From positions 635,004 through 699,003 of the forward strand of contig JBBTSC010000001.1 in NCBI GenBank assembly GCA_038064875.1: DNA of 64,000 bases, written 5' to 3'. Shown here one piece after another: positions 9,501 through 17,020 of this stretch (positions are counted from its first letter, which is position 1; every line of letters begins with the position of its first letter). Below the pieces are notes generated by a model that had not been told where the DNA came from, did no database searches, and was given only the letters and a program-made list of their open reading frames with translations. The translations under genes and the position numbers were made by a program. The DNA comes from Patescibacteria group bacterium (lineage in GTDB: Bacteria > Patescibacteriota > Saccharimonadia > Saccharimonadales > 2-12-FULL-41-12).

Positions 9501-9529
9501 TTGCAAAATAGTGACATATTTGGAATAAT
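9501..9529 (+). promoter_or_regulatory. Candidate promoter of the pilin-paralog array
   Basis: TTGCAA (9501..9506), a 17-nt spacer and AATAAT (9524..9529), 20 nt upstream of ATG 9549, in the divergent gap facing the VirB6-like gene. Confidence 0.35.
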
Positions 9530-9548
9530 AACCCTGAAGGTAGCAAAA

Positions 9549-10241
9549 ATGAAAATCTTTAATATCAAAATAAAAACATTCTTAATGATCTCTTGTCTGA
9601 GCCTGGCAATTCCCGTGTTTTTCAACAGTAATGCCACTGCCGCGACAGTGAATTGTGGTCCGCTCAATGGTACAGATAAGGCTATTTGTGAAGCGAGCCT
9701 AGAGAAATGTGGCAACACCGATTCCGATAAGGACAAAGCCTGTCGTAGAGGTTTCCGTGAAGGAGCAAAAAAGAACGGTGATGAGATGCGTGATACATGT
9801 ACAGGTTCTAACAAGTCAGAATGTGAAACAGGTTATCGGGCGGGAAAGAGCCAGAGAGATGCTCTAAATAGTGGCACAGGAACCGTGGCGGCGCCACCGG
9901 GAACAATCGGCTCACATCAATGCGGTAATCTCAATGACAAAGACGAGAACGTAAAAACTAAGATCAACTTTGGTTGTTTGGGGACAAAAGCACCGGCCGG
10001 GACCGGACCAATTGAGGACATATTCTTTGCAATAATTCGTTTTCTGTCTAACGGAATTGGAGTATTGATGGTTATAGCTCTTATCGGGGCAGGCATACAG
10101 TACACAACGAGTGAAGGTAATGCAGAACAGACTATCAAATCCAAGAAAAGAATTCAGACAATTATTATGGCGTTGTTCATCTATCTGTTCACCTACGCAA
10201 TACTGCAGTTCCTAATTCCTGGGGGCATCTTCAAGAGATAG
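9549..10241 (+). CDS. T4SS pilin-like (VirB2/TrbC-type) paralog 1 with an enlarged Cys-rich ectodomain
   Basis: I chose ATG 9549 over the track start 9435 because it yields a signal peptide (MKIFNIKIKTFLMISCLSLAIPVFFNSNATA). The ~150-aa mature N-region carries 8 Cys. The C-terminal TM-loop-TM is GIGVLMVIALIGAGIQYTTSEGNAEQTIKSKKRIQTIIMALFIYLFTYAILQF. Confidence 0.7.
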   Translation: MKIFNIKIKTFLMISCLSLAIPVFFNSNATAATVNCGPLNGTDKAICEASLEKCGNTDSDKDKACRRGFREGAKKNGDEMRDTCTGSNKSECETGYRAGKSQRDALNSGTGTVAAPPGTIGSHQCGNLNDKDENVKTKINFGCLGTKAPAGTGPIEDIFFAIIRFLSNGIGVLMVIALIGAGIQYTTSEGNAEQTIKSKKRIQTIIMALFIYLFTYAILQFLIPGGIFKR

Positions 10242-10258
10242 GATATAATTGAAATAGT

Positions 10259-10642
10259 ATGCTTAACATCTTATATCAACTTCAAATCTTTGCAGCCAAC
10301 GGTGAAACTGCAGCCGAGGCGACTTGTCAGAAAGGAAGTTTCTTTTCCTTCCCTACTTGGTATCGGTATCTGCAGGTTGACCCTAAGTACTGTAGTCCAA
10401 AGATAGATAATATAAATGACATTTGGCTTGTTTTGCTTGCAATTGTAGAGATCATGATTCGGCTTGGTGTTATTTTGGCCATCATTTTTGTGATTTACGG
10501 AGCAGTTAGTTTGGTGATTGCACGTGGTACTCCAGAAAAAGTTAACACGGCTCGAGATATGATAATAGATGCGCTCACCGGTCTTGCAATAGGGCTCGTG
10601 GCGATTACGCTCATAACTTTCTTAGGCAGGAGTTTTAACTAA
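10259..10642 (+). CDS. T4SS pilin-like paralog 2
   Basis: Cys pair (C23, C45), then TM1 WLVLLAIVEIMIRLGVILAIIFVIYG, loop ARGTPEKVNTARD and TM2 ALTGLAIGLVAITLITFL. The N-terminal leader is weak. Confidence 0.65.
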   Translation: MLNILYQLQIFAANGETAAEATCQKGSFFSFPTWYRYLQVDPKYCSPKIDNINDIWLVLLAIVEIMIRLGVILAIIFVIYGAVSLVIARGTPEKVNTARDMIIDALTGLAIGLVAITLITFLGRSFN

Positions 10643-10643
10643 T

Positions 10644-10958
10644 ATGTACTACGTAGATTTACTACTTTTAGCTATTACTAAACCGAAGAATTGTGACGAC
10701 CCAAATAATTGTCTAACTACTTTACCGGAAGTCAACGCCTCTGATGGAACAGCAGAGAAAATTTTTGGTATTGTGTTTGGCACCATTGCTGCTGTTGCCG
10801 TATTGATCATTGTGCTGTCAGCGATGAACTGGGCGATTCGTGGTGGTGACCCTGAAGTTATCACTCGCTCACGTAAAGCCATTGTATATGCAGCCATTGG
10901 TCTAGCTATTGCTCTATTGTCAGAACTCTTGGTACTAACACTTTTGGACAGGTTATAG
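10644..10958 (+). CDS. T4SS pilin-like paralog 3
   Basis: Starts 1 nt after the paralog 2 stop. Cys pair NCDDPNNC, TM1 IFGIVFGTIAAVAVLIIVLSAM, loop RGGDPEVITRSRK and TM2 AIVYAAIGLAIALLSELLVL. Confidence 0.65.
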   Translation: MYYVDLLLLAITKPKNCDDPNNCLTTLPEVNASDGTAEKIFGIVFGTIAAVAVLIIVLSAMNWAIRGGDPEVITRSRKAIVYAAIGLAIALLSELLVLTLLDRL

Positions 10959-10960
10959 TA

Positions 10961-11368
10961 ATGAAATTAAAACTTCTATCACTCGCAATTTTATCGACGT
11001 TTTTCGTTATTAGTGCGCAAGCTACAGTTGGTGCGGTTGATCTATTCAAAGGAACTTGTCGTGGTGGTGACACAGCAGACTCAACAGTATGTAAAGACCA
11101 GGCAGAAATCAGTGATAATCCTGGGATAGATGACAACCCTATTTATGGGCCAAATGGAATTATAACGACAGTGACAAATATATTGACCGCTGTAGTAGGT
11201 ATTGGCGCCGTTATCTCAATCGTGTATGCGGGGACAAAGCTCATTTTTTCCGGATCAAATCCACAAGAAGCAAACAGCGCGCGTGAGAGAATCATCTATG
11301 CTTGTGTGGCGCTAGTATTTGTAGCCATGGCCCAAATAATAGTAAGATTTATAATCAATAGGATATAA
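10961..11368 (+). CDS. T4SS pilin-like paralog 4
   Basis: Signal peptide MKLKLLSLAILSTFFVISAQA, Cys pair (GTCRGG...TVCKD), TM1, loop FSGSNPQEANSARE and TM2 IIYACVALVFVAMAQIIV. Confidence 0.7.
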   Translation: MKLKLLSLAILSTFFVISAQATVGAVDLFKGTCRGGDTADSTVCKDQAEISDNPGIDDNPIYGPNGIITTVTNILTAVVGIGAVISIVYAGTKLIFSGSNPQEANSARERIIYACVALVFVAMAQIIVRFIINRI

Positions 11369-11376
11369 TTACAGAT

Positions 11377-11778
11377 ATGACAACAATAATTACACGGATG
11401 TTACTGGCAACTTTTCTCTTCTTTGGAGTGTTGCAGATTTCCTCTGGTCCACCTGCGTTAGCACTAATAGGTTCTGGCGCGAAAGAACAGGCTTGTAAGG
11501 GCGTGGAACTTGACAATGCTACAGGGGCCAATTGTGGCAAGGATTCTAGCAAAGAAACGCAAGATATTGTCCAAACAGTTATTAATATTCTCTCTGCAGT
11601 GGGGGGAATCATAGCGGTCATCGTTATCATAGTGAACGGTATTAGGTTAGTTTTGTCATCTGGAGACTCTGCGAAAGTCAACACGGCTCGCTCAGGGATA
11701 ATCATGGCTGTAGTTGGTTTGTTGGTCATTGCCCTGGCGCAGGCGCTGGTAAGATTTGTAGTAAGTAGAGTCGCTTGA
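11377..11778 (+). CDS. T4SS pilin-like paralog 5
   Basis: Hydrophobic leader, Cys pair (QACKG...ANCGK), TM1 ILSAVGGIIAVIVIIVNG, loop SSGDSAKVNTARS and TM2 GIIMAVVGLLVIALAQALV. Ends in TGA. Confidence 0.7.
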   Translation: MTTIITRMLLATFLFFGVLQISSGPPALALIGSGAKEQACKGVELDNATGANCGKDSSKETQDIVQTVINILSAVGGIIAVIVIIVNGIRLVLSSGDSAKVNTARSGIIMAVVGLLVIALAQALVRFVVSRVA

Positions 11779-11839
11779 TGATCGATAAGTATTGTGCTAT
11801 AAAATAAACAGAGATATATAAGAAAGGAAACTTCTAAAA

Positions 11840-12262
11840 ATGAAAAAATTTATCAAACAAATAGTAACAACACTGAGCTTGGCGATGGTCATGCTTCTTC
11901 CCGCTCTTGTGTCAACAAGTGCTTTCGCAGCAAATATTGACGGTAGTTTATGTAAAGGCGCTGATTTGAAATTCAGTGGCGATGCAAGTAGTGCAGATTG
12001 TAGCACTACAGAACAAGCTGGTGCTGGCCTGGACAAATTGATCACAGATGTAGTTAACATCTTTTCAGTTGTTGTTGGTGTGGTCGCTGTGATTATGATC
12101 ATCTACGGTGGCTTCCGCTACATTACATCTGGTGGTGATTCAGGAAATGTTACTAATGCAAAGAATACTATTCTTTATGCATTAGTCGGACTTGTTATAG
12201 TGGCCCTAGCTCAATTTATTGTAAAATTTGTGCTTAACAAAGCCACCGGCCTCGGTAGCTAG
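11840..12262 (+). CDS. T4SS pilin-like paralog 6
   Basis: Signal peptide ending AFA, Cys pair (SLCKG...ADCS), then VVGVVAVIMIIYGGFRYITSGGDSGNVTNAKNTILYALVGLVIVALAQFIV. Confidence 0.75.
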   Translation: MKKFIKQIVTTLSLAMVMLLPALVSTSAFAANIDGSLCKGADLKFSGDASSADCSTTEQAGAGLDKLITDVVNIFSVVVGVVAVIMIIYGGFRYITSGGDSGNVTNAKNTILYALVGLVIVALAQFIVKFVLNKATGLGS

Positions 12263-12273
12263 AGGGTAAGAGA

Positions 12274-12711
12274 ATGAAAAACATACTCTTAACGCTAGCA
12301 GTCAGTTTTGGGCTGTTTGGTTTGTCACTTGGTGTAGTTAACAACGGGACAGCAGCTGCCTCTACTAAAGGAGAGCTCTGTAGTGGAGCTAACCTAGACA
12401 TCAGTGGTGGAAGTGGCGCGGGCTGTGGCGACAGTAGTGCCTGTAGTGATGATGATAAAAATAATGACGAAGGTTGTGATTCAGAAAAGCTTAATAAGCT
12501 CATTAATACTGTGGTGAATGTTTTTTCCGTTATTGTCGGGGTAGCCGCAGTTATCATGATCATCTATGGTGGATTTAGGTATATTACGTCAGGTGGCGAC
12601 TCAGGGAACATCACCACCGCAAAGAATACTATTCTTTATGCATTAGTCGGACTTGTTATAGTGGCCCTAGCTCAGGGCATCGTCAGGTTCGTACTCAGTA
12701 ACCTTAAATAA
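12274..12711 (+). CDS. T4SS pilin-like paralog 7
   Basis: Leader, 4 Cys in a G/S/D-rich segment, then IVGVAAVIMIIYGGFRYITSGGDSGNITTAKNTILYALVGLVIVALAQGIV. It shares a 56-nt identical tract with paralog 6. Confidence 0.75.
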   Translation: MKNILLTLAVSFGLFGLSLGVVNNGTAAASTKGELCSGANLDISGGSGAGCGDSSACSDDDKNNDEGCDSEKLNKLINTVVNVFSVIVGVAAVIMIIYGGFRYITSGGDSGNITTAKNTILYALVGLVIVALAQGIVRFVLSNLK

Positions 12712-12712
12712 A

Positions 12713-12738
12713 GAAGTCGCTACATTTGTAGCGACTTC
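12713..12738. terminator. Hairpin between convergent genes (pilin array / hsp20)
   Basis: Perfect 11-bp stem GAAGTCGCTAC, loop ATTT, then GTAGCGACTTC. Read on the minus strand it is followed by TTTATTT, so it is best placed as the hsp20 terminator. No T-tract follows on the plus strand. Confidence 0.65.
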
Positions 12739-12765
12739 CCTAGTCTCTAGATAAAGATTTTTGTT

Positions 12766-13227
12766 TTAGAGAATCTCTATTTTCTTTACAGTGTCTTGCT
12801 TTAGCTTTGTAAAGCTAATAGTTAGAACACCATCCTTCAAAACTGCTTCAATCTCGTCTTCTTTTACTGGTACAGGCAAGGCGATACTGCGACTAAATTC
12901 ACCCCAGTAACACTCTTGAACAAAGTAGTTCTCTACGTCGTCTTCATTTCCGGCGCTGAGAGTTCCTTTAATACTAAGCGTATTGTCAGCAATACTTACG
13001 TCTAATTCGTTCTTGTTCACGCCAGCTGTTCGAGCTTTCACGACAAGCTTCTCACGAGTTTCGTACACATCGACAGCAAGTTGTCCAGGAACTACTTCTT
13101 CTTCGTCCCATTCCTCTTCTACTGCTACGGCTTCAGTCTCACCCAAATCATCACCCAAAAATGCAGCTGTTAGTTCGTCTTCCATCAATAGATCTTCGTC
13201 ATCACGCTGTTTTCGCGCCATCATCAT
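12766..13227 (-). CDS. hsp20: Hsp20/alpha-crystallin family small heat-shock protein
   Basis: Alpha-crystallin domain pattern (LAVDVYETREKLVVKARTAGVNKNELDVSI...LSIKG...GEFSRSIALPVPV...VLKDGVLTISF). I chose ATG 13227 (GGAGGG 7 nt upstream) over the track start 13326. Confidence 0.88.
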   Translation of the reverse strand: MMMARKQRDDEDLLMEDELTAAFLGDDLGETEAVAVEEEWDEEEVVPGQLAVDVYETREKLVVKARTAGVNKNELDVSIADNTLSIKGTLSAGNEDDVENYFVQECYWGEFSRSIALPVPVKEDEIEAVLKDGVLTISFTKLKQDTVKKIEIL

Positions 13228-13297
13228 GTTGTTACCCTCCAAGTTAATTTTTTTCGCAGTTTTCGAGATTTTTATGTTATAAACAGTATAACCTGTG

Positions 13298-13326
13298 AAT
13301 GTACTATGGCAATAGTGTTTTGTCAA
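13298..13326 (-). promoter_or_regulatory. Sigma-70-type promoter of hsp20
   Basis: The minus strand reads TTGACA (13326..13321), a 17-nt spacer and TACATT (13303..13298). A 6-bp inverted repeat GTTATA-N5-TATAAC (13276..13292) lies in the transcribed leader. Confidence 0.5.
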
Positions 13327-13352
13327 TATTTACAACATAAAAATTACTACGC

Positions 13353-14027
13353 ATGAAATTTATAGATAAGCTAACATCGGTCATTGCCCCGCACAACTGT
13401 ATTGTTTGTCGGTCTGAAGGGGCTATATTATGTGAGTCCTGTTATCTGTCAGAATTTGTGCCTAAGATTTCTTCGTGTTTCTTATGTAACAAAGCAACAA
13501 ACAACTTTAGTACGTGCCAAAATTGTCAGAGAAAAACCCCTATAAAACAACTGTACGTAGCTACCTATCTGGATAAATATTCTCAAGAGATGGTTCACAG
13601 GCTAAAATTTGATAGGTTGTATGGCGCTGGAGATAGAATTGCCCAGATTCTTAGAGAGAATTCGCCTCCAATGAGCAAAGATACGATCATAACGTATGTT
13701 CCTACTTCCCCTGATCGTGTTCGAAAAAGGGGCTACGATCATGCAAGATTGATAGCAAATAGCTTTGCTCAGATGCACGGTCTAGCTTGTTTGCCATTTG
13801 TTGCGAAAATCAACGCGACCAGACAAGTCGGCGCAAACAAAAAACAGCGCGCAGACCAGGCAAGTAATGCGTATACGACTCTCAAAAGAGACGTTGACCC
13901 AAAGCGCAAAATAATATTAATAGATGACATTATTACTACTGGTGCGACTCTTGGAGCATGTGTCAAAATCATGAAAAAAGCAGGCTACAAAAATGTTACC
14001 TGCTTAGTATTTGCTTCAAAAGCATAA
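13353..14027 (+). CDS. comFC: ComF family protein (ComFC-type phosphoribosyltransferase-fold competence protein)
   Basis: N-terminal Cys clusters (CIVC...CESC, CFLC...CQNC) and the C-terminal PRTase motif ILIDDIITTGATL. Confidence 0.8.
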   Translation: MKFIDKLTSVIAPHNCIVCRSEGAILCESCYLSEFVPKISSCFLCNKATNNFSTCQNCQRKTPIKQLYVATYLDKYSQEMVHRLKFDRLYGAGDRIAQILRENSPPMSKDTIITYVPTSPDRVRKRGYDHARLIANSFAQMHGLACLPFVAKINATRQVGANKKQRADQASNAYTTLKRDVDPKRKIILIDDIITTGATLGACVKIMKKAGYKNVTCLVFASKA

Positions 14028-14041
14028 ATTAATATATATCT

Positions 14042-14134
14042 GGCGGAGGAGGAGAGATTCGAACTCTCGCGGGAGATTGCTCCCCCCTAACGATTTAGCA
14101 AACCGTCCCCTTCAGCCACTTGGGTACTCCTCCA
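14042..14134 (-). tRNA. tRNA-Ser (anticodon GCU), class II with long variable arm, encoded CCA
   Basis: The reverse complement reads GGAGGAGTACCCAAGTGGCTGAAGGGGACGGTTTGCTAAATCGTT...GAGTTCGAATCTCTCCTCCTCCGCCA. Acceptor GGAGGAG pairs with CTCCTCC, the anticodon loop is TTGCTAA, and the T-loop is TTCGAAT. Confidence 0.9.
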
Positions 14135-14202
14135 GATTTCTTCATTATAACAGATACAGAACTGATTGCATGTATTTTTTTTAAGTCAAAAAGGTTAGAA
14201 TA

Positions 14203-14703
14203 ATGGTTATGGATACTACAGACGCAAAGCAAGAAGAAAGTTCAGCAAAATCGATATCGTGGACAGCTTCTGAGTTTGCTAATAGTCATAAAAATGCCGG
14301 CTGGTACCTATTGTTTTTCGGTGGGCTGACAGGGGTCTGCGCATTATTATTTATTGTAGCTAGAGACTTTATGGCCTCGATCTCTATATTTGTTGCAGGA
14401 CTGTTGTTTTTGGTACTAACCGCAAAAAAACCACGCTCGATGCAGTACGTTATTGACGCTAAAGGCCTTGGTATTGGCAGTAAGTTTTATAATTTCTCCA
14501 GTTTTAAATCATTTAATTTAACGGATAATAATGGCATTGCAAACATTGATTTTATACCGATGAGAAGATTTGCTCCCGAGATCTCGATATTTTTACCTCC
14601 GGAACAAGGTCAAGATATCTTGGGGATCATATCTGAGCATCTGCCACATGACGAACGCAAGGAAAACAAAATAGACCAACTGAGTAAAAAACTTAAGTTC
14701 TAA
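14203..14703 (+). CDS. Hypothetical two-TM membrane protein
   Basis: 166-aa ORF with two adjacent hydrophobic helices (WYLLFFGGLTGVCALLFIV, ISIFVAGLLFLVL) followed by a soluble domain. I recognise no motif. Confidence 0.55.
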   Translation: MVMDTTDAKQEESSAKSISWTASEFANSHKNAGWYLLFFGGLTGVCALLFIVARDFMASISIFVAGLLFLVLTAKKPRSMQYVIDAKGLGIGSKFYNFSSFKSFNLTDNNGIANIDFIPMRRFAPEISIFLPPEQGQDILGIISEHLPHDERKENKIDQLSKKLKF

Positions 14704-14752
14704 CTCTGTTCATCACCTCTGTTTCGTGGTATAATTACCCCTGTTAATATGA

Positions 14753-14829
14753 GCACCTGTAGCTCAGCTGGATAGAGCGTCGGCTTGCGGAGCCGAAGGT
14801 CGTAGGTTCGAATCCTGCCAGGTGTACCA
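14753..14829 (+). tRNA. tRNA-Arg, anticodon read as GCG, encoded CCA
   Basis: GCACCTGTAGCTCAGCTGGATAGAGCGTCGGCTTGCGGAGCCGAAGGTCGTAGGTTCGAATCCTGCCAGGTGTACCA. The D-arm and T-arm closely resemble bacterial tRNA-Arg. The anticodon stem is TCGGC/GCCGA and the loop is TTGCGGA. Confidence 0.85.
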
Positions 14830-14840
14830 AGTTTAGTTTT

Positions 14841-15974
14841 TTAAAAAATCGGGGTCCTTACTATCCGATTAGATAGTGCCGTAACGATTTCATAATTAAT
14901 TGTTTTACATTTTGTTGCGACTTCTTCAGCAGAGATTGCTAATTTCCCTTGTTTGCCAATCAAGACCACTTCATCGCCAACAGATACATTATCTAGGTCA
15001 GTAACATCTATAACGAGCTGGTCCATAGCGACAGAGCCAACAATTGGTGCGTAGGCTCCGTTTATCAAAACTCTTCCTGCATTATGGGGCGTTCGTCTCC
15101 AGCCATCTCCATAGCCAATTGGGATCAACGCTACTTTGCTGGGTCTGTCCGCCGTCCACCTCCTGTTGTAGCCTACAGAGTCTCCCTTTTTCAGTTCACG
15201 GACAAATATAACTTTTGATGAGAGGGTAAGGACAGGCTCTAATTGTTTTTCTAGTGTATCGAATAGAGGATGATCTTCACCGAAAGGAGTCAGTCCATAC
15301 GTCATAATGCCAGGCCGTACCATGTCAAAATGTGTATTCGGGTGCGCAAATATTGCGGCGCTATTTGCACAGTGAATGAGTTCTGGTTTTAGGCCTGCTT
15401 TCTTAATGTCGGTAATGCACTCATTGAACAAAGCAATTTGTTTGTCCGTAAACTCACTGTTAGGGTCTTCTGATTCAGCTAAGTGAGTAAATATTCCCTG
15501 TAGCTTCAAGTTTGTTGATGTGTCTATGAGAGAAGCAAGCGAGGTTGCGTCTTTTGGGTCACATCCTGCTCTATGCATACCACTGTCAATCTTTAGATGA
15601 ACTTTTGTCACGATACTATTTTTTTGAGATATATCTTGGAGCTCGTTGATAATATCTCTGTCCATGACGGTGATTTCTGCCCCTAACTCTACCGCCTCCG
15701 TTGCAGATTCACTATCCTGGTTATTCAGTATGAGCACGGGAATTTTTATATCGAGTTCTCGCAGTTGCCTGAGCTCACCAACACTTACAACTCCAAGATA
15801 TGCAACTCCATATTTTTCGGCAGCTTTGGCTATGTGCTCTAGCCCATGTCCGTATGCATTGGCTTTAACAATCGTCATTATTTTTACACCTGGCTTTACG
15901 GCCGAGGAAATAAGTCGCAGATTGCTAGCGTAAGCCACAAGATCAATACTAGCTGTTGATAATCTGTTTGCCAT
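14841..15974 (-). CDS. alr: Alanine racemase
   Basis: PLP-lysine motif VKANAYGHG near the N-terminus. The length (377 aa) and the C-terminal beta-domain pattern (GYGDGW...) fit. Confidence 0.9.
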   Translation of the reverse strand: MANRLSTASIDLVAYASNLRLISSAVKPGVKIMTIVKANAYGHGLEHIAKAAEKYGVAYLGVVSVGELRQLRELDIKIPVLILNNQDSESATEAVELGAEITVMDRDIINELQDISQKNSIVTKVHLKIDSGMHRAGCDPKDATSLASLIDTSTNLKLQGIFTHLAESEDPNSEFTDKQIALFNECITDIKKAGLKPELIHCANSAAIFAHPNTHFDMVRPGIMTYGLTPFGEDHPLFDTLEKQLEPVLTLSSKVIFVRELKKGDSVGYNRRWTADRPSKVALIPIGYGDGWRRTPHNAGRVLINGAYAPIVGSVAMDQLVIDVTDLDNVSVGDEVVLIGKQGKLAISAEEVATKCKTINYEIVTALSNRIVRTPIF

Positions 15975-16038
15975 GCTTATATTATAGTTCCCCGCCGATA
16001 TGATTACTAGCTAGGGTCATTTGTTATATGATTAGACA

Positions 16039-16584
16039 ATGGTTTATGTTGCACTGCTTAGAGGAATCAATGTTGGTGGTAATAACAGAGTAGAAATGTC
16101 TCGACTTAAAAAAATTTTAGAAGGACTAGGTTATAGCGATGTTTCAACGTACATCAATAGTGGAAATGCGTTCTTCAAAACACCAGAATCTGATCCTCGA
16201 AAAATAGAGATAAACATTGAGCAAGCGATAGAGAAGGAATTCAAGCTAAATTTGCATGTTGTCATCAGAAGTTTGCCGGAAATTAAAGAGCTCATCAAGG
16301 CAATTCCTTCTCATTGGCTTAAAGCGTCTGATAAAAAGTGTAATGTTATCTTTCTCAGACATAATATAGACAACAGAGATATTTTGGATAATTTCTCTCC
16401 AAAAGAAGGCATAGAAGAGCTTTCTTATCACCCTGGCACTTTATTATGGTCTGCTAACACAAGTGATCTGACAAGAAGTGAAATGATACAACTAGCTAAA
16501 AACGGTCTTTACAAAGATATGACCATAAGAAATCTTAATACTACCAGAAAGATTCATGAGATTATGAGCAGTCTGCTATCATAG
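16039..16584 (+). CDS. DUF1697 family protein
   Basis: Characteristic N-terminus MVYVALLRGINVGGNNRVEMSRLK, and about 180 aa in length. Confidence 0.75.
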   Translation: MVYVALLRGINVGGNNRVEMSRLKKILEGLGYSDVSTYINSGNAFFKTPESDPRKIEINIEQAIEKEFKLNLHVVIRSLPEIKELIKAIPSHWLKASDKKCNVIFLRHNIDNRDILDNFSPKEGIEELSYHPGTLLWSANTSDLTRSEMIQLAKNGLYKDMTIRNLNTTRKIHEIMSSLLS

Positions 16585-16591
16585 TTGACAT

Positions 16592-17020
16592 ATGGACTGG
16601 AAGATACTTGCCTTTACTGTTCCGATATTGTTTGTAAGTTATCAGGCGCTTGCGAAATTGTTACCAAAAGGAACGTCTGTTTTCTTAGTTAACGCGTATG
16701 CTTCTTTGATTGGGTTTGCCGTTATGATTATCTTGCACCTCATGACACAGCAAGATAAGAGCCTGCATCTAAGCCAAAAAACATTATTCTATGCAGTTGG
16801 TATTGGTCTACTCATTAGCTTTGGCAATTTCGGTATTATAAAGGCCTATTCTCTAGGTGCCCCGCAGACATTATTCACAGTACTATTCTATATAAGTTTG
16901 ATCTTGTACGGTATCATATTTGGCTTAGCTTTTTGGCATGAAAAATTGAACTTAATCCAGGTATTGGGCATATTTTTAGCATGTACGGGGCTCTTTTTGA
17001 CAGTTTATTTTAAGAAGTAG
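16592..17020 (+). CDS. Small EamA/DMT-like membrane transporter (single-domain)
   Basis: 142 aa with 4-5 TM helices and a pattern like one EamA repeat. Confidence 0.55.
   Translation: MDWKILAFTVPILFVSYQALAKLLPKGTSVFLVNAYASLIGFAVMIILHLMTQQDKSLHLSQKTLFYAVGIGLLISFGNFGIIKAYSLGAPQTLFTVLFYISLILYGIIFGLAFWHEKLNLIQVLGIFLACTGLFLTVYFKK

Noticed and set aside
9501-9529. A possible third copy of the TTGACAAAATAGCAAATATTTGCTA promoter/operator upstream of the pilin array. It shares CAAAATAG and ATATTTG blocks.
   Set aside because: The palindrome is not preserved (TAGTGACATATTTGG). Much of the shared sequence is explained by the general TTGACAAAA -35 context seen at other promoters here (5069 and 13326). 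I kept it only as an ordinary candidate promoter.
12158-12674. The identical 56-nt tract in pilin paralogs 6 and 7 as a template/variable repeat pair of a diversity-generating retroelement.
   Set aside because: No reverse transcriptase gene is nearby. The tract is identical rather than differing at adenines, and it encodes a conserved TM helix rather than a variable ligand-binding surface.
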